A stretch of 64,000 nucleotides of DNA, from positions 226,734,001-226,798,000 of the forward strand of contig OZ024742.1 in assembly GCA_964016885.1 (NCBI GenBank), in the 5' to 3' direction. Numbering within the stretch: position 1 is the stretch's first letter; each line of letters opens with the position of its first letter. Source of the stretch: Eledone cirrhosa. Its lineage: Eukaryota. The position numbers and the translations under genes were made by a program. Shown here in pieces: positions 40,695-54,796 of this stretch. The notes beneath the pieces were generated by a model. The model made no database searches. It was given only the letters and a program-made list of their open reading frames with translations, and had not been told where the DNA came from.

Positions 40695-42105
40695 TAAGAG
40701 AGTATTGAAAAGAGAGTATTGAAGTTTGCTTGAAGCATTGTGGAACAATAAGTAAATATTTATAAGTCGTTTGGAAGCCTCGACAATGCAAATGGGTAAA
40801 TCTCCGGGTAACAAGGTCCGGTGGTGGAGAGAGAGATATGTAAGTGGGTGTACGTTGAGATGCGTGGTGTGTATAAGATGTGTGAGATGTGTAGAATGAA
40901 GGGAAGAGTAAAAGAATAAAAATAATAATAACAACACAAGAGAGAGAGTTACCTTGGGAGAGATTTAATAGGCAAGTGCTTCCTTAAAATGCCACACCTG
41001 GGCGAGAAAACCACCAACGCTATCCGCAAGGCTATACGGATGGAGGGCCTCGACATCCCCCTGGCCCACTCGGGCCCCTCCCTGCGAAGATGCCTCTCCA
41101 GGAAACCCGAAAAATCTACTGACGCATGCTCCCTCAGAGGCTGCCCGATACGCCATGCTAACTGTTGCCTACGCACATACGTCGTGTATAAGATAGAATG
41201 TGACAGGTGCAACCAATACTACATAGGTAGCACAATTCGACCTTTGCACATCCGGATCAAGGAACACATTAAAACCAGGGCCTCGTCTTTCCGGAAACAC
41301 ATAGACAAATGCGGAAACAATGACGGAAGGCCCATTGTCACAATTCTAGCGACTGAAAGAAACGTCGGCACGTTACGTATTAAGGAAGCGCTTCTTATCA
41401 AACAACTGCAACCGCAAATAAACAACCGATTAGAGAGAAGCGAAATGAAATGGCTGATTTAAGTTAACAAGCGATGCAACAACACACAACACACGCACAC
41501 ACACACACACACGCAAACGAGACAACTACACACACGCACACACACACACAGTAGCATTCCACCATACGAACATACTACACTGCCAATACAGATGAACAAG
41601 ACAACACACACGCACACACACACACACACACTCAAGCGAGACAACACACGCACACACAGTAACATTTAACAAACAGGCAGAGAATGGACTGACAGCTAGC
41701 GCCATCCCACTCCCTCATTCGGCCGCTGACCTCTGTACGACCGACCCCATTTCACGCGCACGCGCGCTCGGCCGAATACCTCAGATATTCAAATCTACAA
41801 ACAGCGAAAGACGCGTTCCGAGTTGTCCGACAGACAACCTTTTCCCCCACCCCGGAAAAAACCCCAGTTGATGGATGTGAATCCGAAATATATAGGGACT
41901 ATTATATCTCTCCCAAGGTAACTCTCTCTCTTGTGTTGTTATTATTATTTTTATTCTTTTACTCTTCCCTTCATTCTACACATCTCACACATCTTATACA
42001 CACCACGCATCTCAACGTACACCCACTTACATATCTCTCTCTCCACCACCGGACCTTGTTACCCGGAGATTTACCCATTTGCATTGTCGAGGCTTCCAAA
42101 CGACT

Positions 42106-42114
<9 letters not shown>
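40695..42114 (+). mobile_element. PLE (Poseidon/Penelope-like) GIY-YIG 3' fragment (ORF ~40970-41462) flanked by inverted pLTR arms 40756-40971 / 41899-42114
   Basis: VVYKIECDRCNQYYIGSTIRPLHIRIKEH..LRIKEALLIKQLQPQIN. Arms are near-identical. Clade assignment is tentative. Confidence 0.88.
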
Positions 42115-42195
<81 letters not shown>

Positions 42196-42200
<5 letters not shown>

Positions 42201-42432
42201 CTTCGGAAGCATCCGATGATGTTGACCAGTTCTCCTTTTTGGGTAGTGTTTTCGATGCTCAGAGAGTGGGATTGGTCGAGTGCAAGGCCTTTCCCCCACT
42301 TAAAAAAACCTTCAAAGCACAGACATTGCTTGTTCAAGATCTGTTACAGATTCGTGAGGCTGACCGTATTATAAAAGTGCACCATTTTCTCTAATCTGAC
42401 AAGCGATTGCAATACTCTTAGCAGAGTTTGCA

Positions 42433-42436
<4 letters not shown>
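42196..42436 (+). pseudogene. Degenerate LINE RT thumb fragment between (TA)n tracts
   Basis: DVDQFSFLGSVF..AF..LKK resembles the V..F.YLGS motif. Confidence 0.4.
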
Positions 42437-42512
<76 letters not shown>

Positions 42513-42516
<4 letters not shown>

Positions 42517-43572
42517 AATTAGTATATCTACCAACATATATATACAGATGCATACCTATGGTAGCAAATATATAGGTTTTTGTCTTAGTAACTTTGTGGT
42601 TCAATGCAAGGGGGTGCAGAACAATTATATGAAAGACGTAAAATAAGAAAATTATAAAAATTAACTTACTTACTAAAATTTCACTCCAACTAATTAGTTT
42701 CTGAAAGGCAATAAACATGGTTTTCAAATGGAAAGCATGGAGAAGCCGTTTCGTCATCAGGAAGTCTGTTCTCAGCTAAGTTACCAGGCGATGCGTGGAC
42801 ACAGGGAACTTATACAAAAATAATTCAGTGGATGGAAAAAAAGCAAGCGTGGACTAAATTCCAAGACATAGAAAAAATCACTGCCTACTTGGTCGGTGGC
42901 AAATTCAAAAGAATCAATCACGTGACATCGAGGTTAATCAGTGAGGAGTGGGGTGTTAAAAAGACAGTAGCCGAGCCATTACTCTGAACTATAGTAGCAG
43001 TTTTGGCAAATTTTTGCTCAACAAAATAATTTGGAGTTAATTATAAAGAATTAGTATATCTACCAACATATATATACAGATGCATACCTATGCTAGCAAA
43101 TATATAGGTTTTGTCTTAGTAACTTTGTGGTTCAATGCAAGAGGATGCAGAACAATGATATGAGAGACGTAAAATAAGAAAATTATAAAAATTAACTTAC
43201 TTACTAAAATTTCACTCCAACTAATTAGTTTCTGAAAGGGAATAAACATGGTTTCCAAAAGGAAAGCATGGAGAAGCCGTTTCGTCATCAGGAAGTCTGT
43301 TCTCAGCTAAGTTACCAAGTGATGCGTGGACACGATGCTGAGAACAGACTTCCTGATGACGAAACGGCTTCTCCATGCTTTCCATTTGGAAACCATGTTT
43401 AATCCCTTTCAGAAACTAATTAGTTGGAGTGAAATTTTAGTAAGTTAATTTTTATAATTTTCTTATTTTACGTCTCTCATATAATTGTTCTGCATCCCCT
43501 TGCATTGAACCACAAAGTTACCAAGACAAAACCTATATATTTGCTAGCATAGGTATGCATCTGTATATATAT
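42513..43572 (-). mobile_element. Family C non-coding element: 532-bp monomer + partial tandem copy (43045-43333) + inverted copy (43337-43572)
   Basis: aaagaattagtatatc starts at 42513 and 43045. Hammerhead-like CUGAUGA..GAAAC core without a clear stem I. Stem-loop gttc tgca tcccct tgca tt gaac. Confidence 0.8.
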
Positions 43573-44748
43573 TTTTAGCGTGGTAAATAAATAGCCGAAC
43601 TTTTCAAGGGTAATTCCTTATATGGGAAGATTGTAATTGTCGAGAGGATTGGTCAAAAATTCTTGTAAACACAATTAAGTCTATCATGGCAGTAGGTGGG
43701 AGGTGGGGGTGGTTGAACTTGCCTGTAGAACAATGAGGTAGTGGGTGGAGCCGGTCAAGCGTTGAAAGTGAATTCTATACAGCAAATTCTAAGGAATGTG
43801 TATGAAACTAGGCTAGAGGAAGTAGACGAAAAGGGGTTCTGGAGAAAATAGAGAAGGGACGTTATAGAATAGGTAAATCAATTGAGATGAGAAGATAATA
43901 AATAAATAAGAAAAAAAATATATAAAAAATATAAAATTGGATAGTAAGAAGTGATAAAAAATCTCTAGAGTCTAAGACAGCTGCTATATTTAGTTGGTAT
44001 TGCGTTTTCGGCCAATGCTATAGAATAGGTTAATAAGTCGAGAATAGAAGATTCTAAATAAATAACAAATTTATAAAATTATAGAATTGGGTAATAAAAA
44101 GTAATACAAAATCTCTGGGGTCTAAAACAGCTGCTATAATTAGTTGGTATATCGTTGTCGGTTAATGCTATCTATCATTTACTGAGGTGGGGGTACTGAG
44201 GCTACAAAAGCCCGATGGGCTGCCTCGGGTAGGTGAAAGGGAAAAAGGAAAAGGAATAGGATAGGGAGTGGAAGGAAGTGATAGGAGGAGATAAAGGGAA
44301 AAAGAAAATAGAGAGGAAAAGAAAAGAGGTACATCTACCTATGTTAGCTGGGGTTTCCCCCATCTTGTTCGGCAAGTGAGGAAAAGGAGGATGTTGCAAC
44401 CATTGTCTACCCACCCGGGTCATTAGGGGGTTTGAGGGCGAGGTAAGTTCTACGCAATCGGTGTTTGCATGCAGTTACAAGTTCGTCTTTTTTGTTTAGG
44501 AGTTGGTCCTTCGTAAACAGCATTTGTAATGTTTCCTCCGAGCATAAGTTACATAAGTTCGCCTATTTATTTACCACGCTAAAAATTCTAATTTAGTCCA
44601 GAAATAACCGTCGAAACGGCTTGAGCTCTGCGGTCGGGGTCAAACATTTTCCTATTACTCACTCTACTACCCTAAGTATTGAGTACTCTGGTGCGTTATG
44701 GTCCATCTGGTTCCTTACCACTCTTCCTTCGTGGGGGTCTTACTGGTT

Positions 44749-44750
<2 letters not shown>
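43572..44750. mobile_element. Family D Naiad fold-back: minus arm 43572-44552 incl. GIY-YIG C-terminus, plus arm 44555-44732 with tail
   Basis: Homologous to 22850-23460 and 23876-24828. Confidence 0.88.
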
Positions 44751-44790
<40 letters not shown>

Positions 44791-44820
44791 AAAGAATAGA
44801 GGTGTAACACACAAGTTATA

Positions 44821-45187
44821 ATATATTGGTAAACGGAATAGAAAATGCTGACCAATTGTTCACAGTGAAAAATAGTTTAATTAGGAATAAGTGAGAATTA
44901 GTAATAGTATTGGTTAGTATTCAGTTTTGGTTTTTAGTTTTACCGGTTGCGCATTTCTAATGCTTTTCAAAAATAATTTTGAGATAGAGCGTCCGTGATG
45001 TTTGCTCTGATCAGAGCAAACATCACGGACGCTCTATCTCAAAATTATTTTTGAAAAGCATTAGAAATGCGCAACCGGTAAAACTAAAAACCAAAACTGA
45101 ATACTAACCAATACTATTACTAATTCTCACTTATTCCTAATTAAACTATTTTTCACTGTGAACAATTAGCACTTTCTATTCCGTTTA

Positions 45188-45196
<9 letters not shown>
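44821..45196. repeat. ~375-bp near-perfect palindrome (centre 45010/45011) between (TA)n tracts
   Basis: Centre ..gctctga|tcagagc.. Arms contain GAAAUGCGCA, a hammerhead-like remnant. Confidence 0.88.
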
Positions 45197-45251
<55 letters not shown>

Positions 45252-45549
45252 GGGGAGGGGAAGAAGAAAAGAGGGAGCGAGAGAGAGAGTGTGCGTGTAT
45301 GTATGCGTATGTATGTATGTATGTATGTATGTATGTATGTATGTATGTATGTATGTGTCACAGAATCTAAACATGTTTCACGTGTGTTGCATGAGCATGG
45401 CTGGCCGTAGTTGAAAAAAAGCAAAACACTTAAAAGTGATGAACTCAAACAATGGCAATAAGGGCTCTGGAACAAGAAATAGGAGGGTCTAGCTCGGCAG
45501 GTGTCCCAGGGCACTGCACCCTGGGCTCGTTCGTCATCCGGCTGCTGTG

Positions 45550-47560
45550 AGAGAACCAAAACCAAACCTTTTTAAAATTGGCTGCTGGAAAGTACGCACA
45601 TTGTCAGACCGCGAGCCTACATCGTTTCGTCCTGAAACAAGGTTAGTACTTGTGGCGAAAGGGCTTCAACGTTATAGCATGCATGTTGTAGCTTTGTCTA
45701 ATACCAGTTTTGTTGAGGAGGGGCATTTTCAGGAACGGTCTAACGGATACAGATTTTATTGAAGTGGAAGGTCAGAAGCATGCAAAGAGAGACCGGAGTA
45801 GCATTTGCTGTTAAAAATACAATTGCTTCCAAATCAAACGAGTTTCTCTGATTGGCTCATTTCTATGAGAGTTCCACTGTCCAAAAATAGGTATGTTACA
45901 TTTGTGAGTGTATATACTCCAACTATTTGCGCTACAGAGGATGAAAAGCTTACATTTTACCTTTCCTTAAAAGAACTTGCCGGAAGATCCCCTGATCTGA
46001 TAAAATTCTCACACTTGGGGATTTTAATGCTAGGTTGGAAAAGACCACAGAACGTGGGATATGGTTAGAAAACATGGGATTGGAAAATGTAGTAGCAATA
46101 GCTTGTTACTCATGCAAAGTCTTTCTATAGCTAACACTTTCTTCCAGCACAAGAAGTGCAAGACAACCTGGATGCATTCAGGTTCAAAGCAGTACCACAT
46201 GATAGATTTTGTTCTCGTGCGTAGGCTTTAGTTTCGAGACATCTGTGATATCCATCTGTTGCGAGGGGCTGAGTGCTAGACAGACAATCGTCTTCTTCGC
46301 ACTAAGGTAAAATGTGTAGTAAAGCCGAAAATACGAGTAAATGTTGTTCCAGAGAAATTAAATATTGCTGATTAAAAATGCTTCAATAAAGGATAAGTTG
46401 GTGAGAAAGTTAGACAAGATTCAATGCAATGACACTTTGGTTTATGATACTTCAGCATCTGTTCTTGGTTTTATTAATAGAAAACATCAAGATCTGATTG
46501 ATGAAAATGAGGAAGAGATTGAAGTGCTACTTAGTGAAAAAAAGACAACAATGATGAGAATGCTTACAAGAGGGCAAGGAGCTGGAAGGAGTGAAATGTT
46601 ATTGAAGGTGGTGAAGGCTAACTTACAGCCCAAGATCCGTAGTATGCAAGATACATGGTGGGGAAGTAAAACGAAGGAGGTTCAGGCTGTAGTTGATGCC
46701 AACAATTCAAAGCTTCTTTACAGTTTATTCTGAGAAGTCTATGGTTCTTATTCTTCCCCAAATTGCACCCCTGAAATCTCAAAATGGCAACGAATTGTTT
46801 AGATACCCCAATGACATTCTTTTTAGGTGAAGGGAACACTTCAATGAACTTTTGAATAGGTCTTCTCGGGTCAATGGAGAGGTTATTGATTCAATTCCTG
46901 GTTGGCCTACTAATGCAAAAAGCCTTACATTGGAGGAAGTGGAAGTTGCTGTAAAATAACTTAATAATGGAAAAATCGCCAGGGAGGAATGGTATTTGTG
47001 CTGAGGTACTGAAATGTGAAAGTTGAAATGTTCTTCGACTTCTTACAAACTTAATATGTAAGGTTAGGGAAGAAGAAAGCGTTCCCTAAAACTGGAAAGA
47101 TGTATTTATGGTGGTACTTTATAAAAGAAAAGGTGCAAAGGATGATTGTGGCAATTATCGCGGGATAGCACTCCTTTCAGTTATGGGAAAAGTCTTGTGT
47201 AGGATCGTGTGGGACAGATTGCTTGGTAACATCATTGGCTATATTCTTCCTGAATCGCAGAGTTGCTTTAGAAGTGGCAGAGAGACAACAGACATGATCT
47301 TCTTTGTAAGGCAGCTACAGAAGTGAACAGGAAATGGATTTGTATCCCGTTTTTGATGACTTGTCAAAGGCTTTTGATACGGTGAATAGAACTGCCTCGT
47401 GGAAAATTCTGATTAAGCTCGGTTTTCCTGACAAGTTCGTATCAGTTCTGAGAGGTTTTCATGATGGTATGTAAACTTATGTCAGGTGTTAGATCCCATT
47501 GTTTAAATGGGATGAAACAAGGGGATATACCAGCGCCTACATTGTTTGAATTATATTTCT
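45550..47560 (+). pseudogene. Old RTE (BovB-like) LINE, APE + RT, heavily mutated; related fragment at 48105-48362
   Basis: IGCWKVRTLSD; FVSVYTPT; VVLYKRKGAKDDCGNYRGIALLSVMGK..LPESQSCFRSGRETTDMIF; FVDLTKAFD. Confidence 0.88.
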
Positions 47561-47566
47561 CTATGG

Positions 47567-47603
<37 letters not shown>

Positions 47604-47608
47604 CGTAC

Positions 47609-47639
<31 letters not shown>

Positions 47640-50600
47640 CGCGCGAAAAATTCTGAAGGAAGCGTTCTGCATGAAATATACTACTTATGCATAAAAAAAA
47701 ACGTTTCGCTGTTTGAATATAGTAAGTGGAAAACAAATCGAATCAATAAAAGCTTTAAACAAGCAAGAAACTCTGTGAAGCAGTGATCATAATAGTAACG
47801 TCGTTGTGAGGGTAAATAAGTACTGTTCATAAGCAGCATGTAGCGCAGAGCTGGAGAATAAAAGAAAAGGAAACGGTTTTAAACTTTTAATTAGGTCGTA
47901 GGTGCGCCGTTCTGACACACGGTGTGTCTTGGGCATTTTAAACCTGGCAGAGCCAATCCCTCTCTAGGTCATAACAAAAATTTAAAACCTGGCGGAGCCC
48001 ATCCCTCTCTAGGTCATAATATAGCTGATTTTTTCCAGAGGAATATAGAAAGGGCGAGAAAGTGAGAGAATCGACGCCAGTACTGGAGTGTTGCTAACAA
48101 ACCTAATTTGCAATTATCGTGGGATATCCCTCCTTTCAGTGATAGGAAAAGTCTTGTGTAGGATCATGCTGGACAGATTGCTTGATAACATCATTGGCAA
48201 TGTTCTTCCTGAGTCGCAGAGTTGCTTTAGAAGTGGCAGAAAGACAACAGACATGATCTTCTCTGTAAGGCAACTACAGGGAATGGATTTGTATCACGTT
48301 TTTGTTGACTTGACAAAGGCTTTTGATGCGGTGAATAGAACTGCCTTATGGAAGATTCTGAAAGGATATATGGCTTTCAAATCCCAATAAAGTTGGTTGG
48401 ATTTGAACTCAGAGAACCGGAACGAATACCGCAAATCATTCAGTTCAACGTCTCAACCACTCTGCCAATTCACAATCTGAGAATATTTTCAAATTATTAT
48501 GAAAACACTATTGTTCACTGCCCAATAAATTATAAAGCAACGAGGTCATGTACAGCCGGAGAAATTTAGGCAAAGTTTCCGATCAACTTTTTTGAACTTC
48601 TATATCTTCGATCGAAGGATGTTCCTTTACTCCCCTAAAAAGTCAGATCTACAAGGATGTTCTTTTACTCCCCTAAAAAGTCAGATCTACATATGCAGTG
48701 GATCTCATCTATTGTTACCCAACCGGACCACGTGTTATGGTGTTTTAATGGTGTTAGTGTTAGTAGTGGTGGCTGTGTTAATGGGGTTGATAATGGGATT
48801 GGTGGTTTCCTTTCACGTTGCCTTTCATGATAGGATTGGAATCCATATCATTAAAGCACCCGAGAAACCTCCTATGAGATGCAACCTCGTAAGAGGCCAG
48901 CTAAACCTACTTAGGTGTCAGCTGTAACAAGAACAAGATAGGGGTAGTGGTCCTTATCATCACAACACCATAGAAACCTATGAGATACAACCTCGTAGAG
49001 GGCCAGATAAAGCCGCATAGGTGTGAGCTATAAATTCAATTTTCTTTTTCTTTTTCCATTTCATTGTCCAAAACGAAATTCTTAATGCTATGGCTCATTA
49101 TTCTAGGCAGTATAACAACTGGCGTGAAAAGGTGTTCAGAATATTCCATCATGGAATGTCAGACGTCAGCAGAGATAAGCAAGACACAATATGCCTCGGA
49201 TTCATCACGTAGCTTAGAGGTTAGGGTTGTTTGGCTCATGATCGTATGGTTGTGTGTTCGATTCCTGGCAGCGCATTGTGTCCACGTACAAGATACTTTA
49301 TCTCATTTTGTTCTAGTCTATTCAGCTGGCAAAAGAAATGAGTTGCATCTGTGTTTGTGGAATTCTCAGTTGCTTGCACGTTAATTTCACGAACAGGCAG
49401 TTCCATTGTTTCAAACAACTGGAACATTCGTTGTCGGAACCGACGAAATTCCAAAACACACACAACTACTGACAGGGCTGTGTGTGACATATGTGTGAAA
49501 TGCTCAGTCACTTGCACGTAAATTTCGTGAGCAGTTTGTTTCGATTGATTGACTCAACTTGAACAATCATAATCGAAACCGATCAAACATGATTTTCAGT
49601 CTGGAAGTCTTTCATCAGATTCTTCTCTAGTTCCTTATGTTTCCCATGGAGCATTGGGTGACGAGAGATCTCTATTCCGCACGATTAGAATTAGAGTTAG
49701 TCTTATTGTGGGCCAGCTCCTAGGTCAAGTATCTTTTCGTCGTTCTTTAACATTTTGATTAATGGAGGTAAGGCTGCTAAGTTCGCGCTCCATTAGATTC
49801 TATGCAACGCATTCTACCGAATGGATGAAATGTTATATATGAATTAGTTTAACTTGAGTTGCTGGAGCTGAAACTTGACAAAATTCTTGGAGAATGTTTT
49901 GCAACAAATTGTGAGCAGTGTTCATAGAGGTTTGGCAACAATCATAATGGAGTCTTCTCTGTTTGGTACAAGAGGACAATTGGCTGCTATTTCTAGCAGG
50001 CCAATCAACTATCTTGCGGGTGGTTATCGTGTGTATGTATGCATGGAGGGAGTATTGGTGATAATCGTTGTAATAGTGGTGGTAGTGAGAGTAGTGACAT
50101 CAACAGTGGTAGCAAGGCTTACTACCGGTGATGATGGTTGTGAGAGTAGTAGTGAGAGTAAGGGCATCGTCGGTGGTAGCTAGTTTTATTGTTGACGATG
50201 ATGGTGTTTTTTTAAGAGTGGCGGAAAGAGTAGTGACAACAAGAGTGGTACCAATTCTTACTCTAGGTGGAGCTAGTAAGAGTTGAACAACAACAGTGAT
50301 AGTTAGCCTGACTATAGGAGGTGGCGGTAAGAGTAGTGATATCAACAGTGGTAGTTATACTGTTGGTGATGATGGTGGTAAGAATAGTGGTGAGAGTAGT
50401 GACATCAACTGTGGTAGTTAGCAGTAGTAAGAGTTAGCACAGCAACAGTGGTAGCTATCCTATTGTTGGCGATGATGGTTTTAGTAAGAGTGGTAGTAGG
50501 AGCAAGGATATAAACAGTGGTAGCTTGTCATACTAGTACTACTAGCATGAATATTGTAACTACTGCTATTTAGTATACCTCGTACTGTTGTTGTTAGTGG

Positions 50601-50759
50601 TGGTCTTAGTGACAGTGGTGGTGATGTTATTGTAGTATTGGTGGTGGCGGTGTTTTTGTTGTTGATGGTTTTGCTAGTGGCATAAGTGGTAGTAATGGAG
50701 TTGGTGGTGTTGTTGGTAGTTGTGTGTTGGAAGTTGTGGTATTGGTAGTGCTTTCAGTT

Positions 50760-50992
50760 GTGCTGGTGGTAGTGGTTGTAGTGGTGGTGTTGGTTGTAAT
50801 GGTGGCTGACGCTGTGCTGGTGGTAGTGGTTGTAGTGGTGGTGTTGGTTGTAATGGTGGCTGACGCTGTGCTGGTGGTAGTGGTTGTAGTGGTGGTGTTG
50901 GTTGTAATGGTGGCTGACGCTGTGCTGGTGGTAGTGGTTGTAGTGGTGGTGTTGGTTGTAATGGTGGCTGACGCTGTGCTGGTGGTAGTGGT
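50760..50992. repeat. Minisatellite, 54 bp x ~4.3, within a GT-rich low-complexity tract
   Basis: Unit gtgctggtggtagtggttgtagtggtggtgttggttgtaatggtggctgacgct. Confidence 0.88.
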
Positions 50993-51380
50993 ATTGTTAG
51001 TGATAGTGGTGGTGGTGGTGGTGGAATTAGTCCCAGCTCTTAATATATCTTATGGTGGATCATCCGTCAGTTTCGACGATGAACATTCAGTTGTTTGATT
51101 AACTAAATGTTCAACTCATTAAATCAATGCTTAGGTGGTTGAGTATTCCATAGACACGTGTACCATTAACATAATTCTCAGGTACGAACAAGTGTGTCCC
51201 ATTACACAATTCTGAAACACTTGAGTGGCTGAGTATTCCACAAACATATGTACCCTTAACATAATTCTAAAACTGAATTAGCTTAACACTCTCGAATTAT
51301 AGGTACAGTCCATCCGATGGGCTTCCTCGCTGTTTCTGTCTATCAATTTCAATCTTTTACCATAGCTTTGTTGCGAGGCT

Positions 51381-51426
<46 letters not shown>

Positions 51427-52202
51427 TCCTGTAACTCATGGGGGGAGTCGTGGGGGCGCCATATTGACATACGGCGTTTCTTCGGCATTAAGCCTTGTGA
51501 AGCCCATCCCTCTCCAGGTCTGAGTACAGCAGATTTCTTCCAGAGAAAGATAGAAAGTGAGAGATATAGAGGAAGAATCGACCCAAGTAATAGACTGGTA
51601 CTTTTTTTATCGACCTAGAAAGACAAAGTTGACATCGGTAGGATTTGAACTCAGAGAGTAGAGAGCCGGAACGAATACCATAAAGCATTCTATCCGACGT
51701 TCTAACGACTCTGCTAATTCGTCGCCTATGAGGTTACGTGTAAATGACGCCTAAGATTTCACACAGTGATCGAATCTGGAACCCAATGATTACAAAATTA
51801 TCTTCTTGACCACTCAGCCATTCCTAAGTTCATTAATAAACCAGTGACACCAAAACATTAAGTGTCACTGTTTTTCTTTAGTTTGTTTTTCAATCATATT
51901 TATTTGCCTGATTGATAATTCGATAAATCGATTGATTAATTGAATGTCCACTCTGCTATCTCGGAACCTACTGAAGCTTGAATCTTCATTTTTTTTTTTT
52001 TTTTTTTTACCAATGATTGTTTAGCAAAATTATTTTTGCTGTTGATATTTTAGACATTTTTTGTTCCTGTTTGCATTCTTTTATTCTTTTACTAGTTTCA
52101 GTTATTAGACTACGTCCATGCTAGGGCATCACCTGGTCTGATATTTATTTCATCGATCTCTTTTTTATTGAACCGCTGGGTTACGAGAAATAGAAAGTAA
52201 AT

Positions 52203-52467
<265 letters not shown>

Positions 52468-53239
52468 CGACAGGCTTCTGCAGTTTCCGTCAGGCTTCTG
52501 CAGTTTCCGTCAACCAGTTTTCACTCACAAGGCACTGGTCAACCCAAGGTGACACACGGTGGGACTGAACCTCAAAAACCACCTGGATTGAGAGGCAAAC
52601 GCAGACATGCCTGCATCTATTTCGGAAAATTATTTCTACTGCCATTTGGGAAAGATTTCTTTTAAGGTTATTTGTATATTAAACCATGTTCTTTAGCTTT
52701 TGTAAAGACACTTTATTTTATATTACTCCAGTTCACACAGCTGGTAAAAATGAGTTGTATTTGTAATTGAAAGAGCCACCTTGTTATATTCTGTGTCACG
52801 CTGAATCTCCCTAATAATTATATTAAGGGTACATGTGTTTGTAGAATGCTCAACCATTTGCACGTTAATTTCGCGAGCAGGCTGTGCTGTAGATCGAATC
52901 AATTGGAGCACTCTTCATCGTAACCGACGGGGTTCCAACAACAACGTCTTAGTTTTTAATGAATATCGTATATAGATAGTAAATTACGACAACCACGATA
53001 GAACTATCAACGAAATTTCAAACAAACCACATGTAACATCTAGAGAATTGGAATGATTAAGCTATGGACATAAATTCATCGTAAGTCAACGTTACACCGA
53101 AAAGATAAAGCTTGACATAGAGTCCAACTTCTGCAGTTAAAGTAGGTGAAAGCTCTAACATCCACGCCTGCCACTACCACGGCTGTCACCGCTACCACAA
53201 CAAACATCACCAACAACTCTGCCGTCGCCACCTCTGTCA

Positions 53240-54150
53240 ACGCTAATTTTGGTTCTTTCCCCATATTCCATCCAGACAACCCACTCGAACCACCCTCACC
53301 AACCATGAACTTAATGCTGAACCAGATAAACTTAAGAATTCCTGCAGGAGCACTCCTCCCCCTCCTACAATCCCTTTAGGTCTCAACTCACCACTTTAAG
53401 AGAACTACATTAAAAAAATTGATATAACTCCCATCAGACAAAGGAAGAGAATTCTGCGTCATTGAGCAGAACATTCACACACAACTAGAGCTAGTGCACC
53501 TTAACAACATAACTCTATATAGTAAGGTTAGAAACATCACACCTAGCCAACTAGAGACCACCATTAACACCAACTGGACCGCCGAAACCTCCTTAGTAGA
53601 ATAAAACGCATCTTCATCACCAAAAAACAGTAACCCCCACCCCCCTCTTTCTACTATCTCACCAAAACACACAAAACAGGACCCAACTTAAAAATGATCG
53701 TTTCTGGCTTAAACGATCCTTTCTATAAAATTTCCTGGCTTCTCTCCAGACTTCTCAAACCTCTCCACATTTTCCCTGGACATGTAGACACCTCACAAGA
53801 AGTAGTCAACAGACTAAAAGAACTTGACCCCACCACACTTGGACAGAATAGATATCCTTTTAGTTTAAACGTAGTTTGCCACTACATCTCTAACCCTGCC
53901 TCCCCGACTTAATTACGGACAACATCGCTTCTACCGATCTCAATTGTTTTGGGCTCACTGCCGCTGACATCCGCGAACTGCTCTCTATTATCATATGCAA
54001 CACCTTTTTATAGTTTGAAGGCTCCGTCTACAAACAAATCTCAGGACTTCCGATGGGATCGAGTCTTTCAGGCCTGCTAGCCATCACGTACATTGACCAG
54101 TTGAAGCGCACATCATTCACCACCTGCCGTTCTTTCTCCTTCCTCTCCAG
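53240..54150 (+). pseudogene. Penelope-like reverse transcriptase remnant
   Basis: ITPSDKGREFCV; FYYLTKTHK; IVSGLNDP..ISWLLSRLLKPL; YKQISGLPMGSSLSGLLAITYID. Confidence 0.85.
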
Positions 54151-54154
54151 GAAC

Positions 54155-54550
54155 ATAACTGACTTTCACTGGGAATTGTAATCATTTGAAACGAAAGTGG
54201 ACATTTGTTGGTATTAGCAGTATTCTTGGTACAAATGCGATGTCTCCCTTACCACGTTCACTGAGGATTTTAGCTTCGATAATGTGAAGCTGTAGTTCAG
54301 TCACAACCATACGTGTCTCATTGCACAATCTTGGCTGATCCAAGTTTCTGAGAAGCGTGGTGACTGAGCCCTTCTTCAACTCAAGGTTGTGTGGCAGCAT
54401 ACCGGATGGTTGGGAAATTGAACAGAATAATGAACAGCTTCGTGCTCGTCGACAACTTTGTCGATAGGTCTGGCTACCTTCAGGGATCATTTGCGTGAGA
54501 TTTTTGTTGATGCCATTTACTGTGATATTTTAGAATGCAAGGATTGCCCT
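54155..54550 (-). pseudogene. Helitron PIF1-like helicase fragment
   Basis: PSGMLPHNLELKKGS..LLRNLDQPRLCNETR..IIEAKIL..FVPRILLIP..F.FK*LQFPVKVSY. Confidence 0.88.
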
Positions 54551-54589
54551 TTCACACTGCATCGTTGGAATGGAGGATTTCGAAATTGG

Positions 54590-54758
54590 GGGAACACTTG
54601 ATTATTTTAAGTTTACAACGCTTTCCTGTACACTGGTGAATGATCACTATAGATGCTCTCTGCATTTTGGTTCCTGAGGTTTCCCGAAGCACCATCCACA
54701 GGATTTTAACGGAAAAGTTGCAATATCGGAAGGAGACCTTACTTTTGGGATTGCCCTC

Positions 54759-54760
<2 letters not shown>
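54590..54760 (+). mobile_element. Mariner deletion derivative (HTH fragment + terminal repeat ending CCCTCG|TA)
   Basis: TIDALCILVPEVSRSTIHRILTEKLQYRK, then gaccttacttttgggattgccctcg-ta. Confidence 0.7.

Positions 54761-54796
<36 letters not shown>

Noticed and set aside
50724-51098. Val-rich membrane-like ORF / Thr-rich mucin-like antisense
   Set aside because: Low-complexity minisatellite with no splice or domain support.
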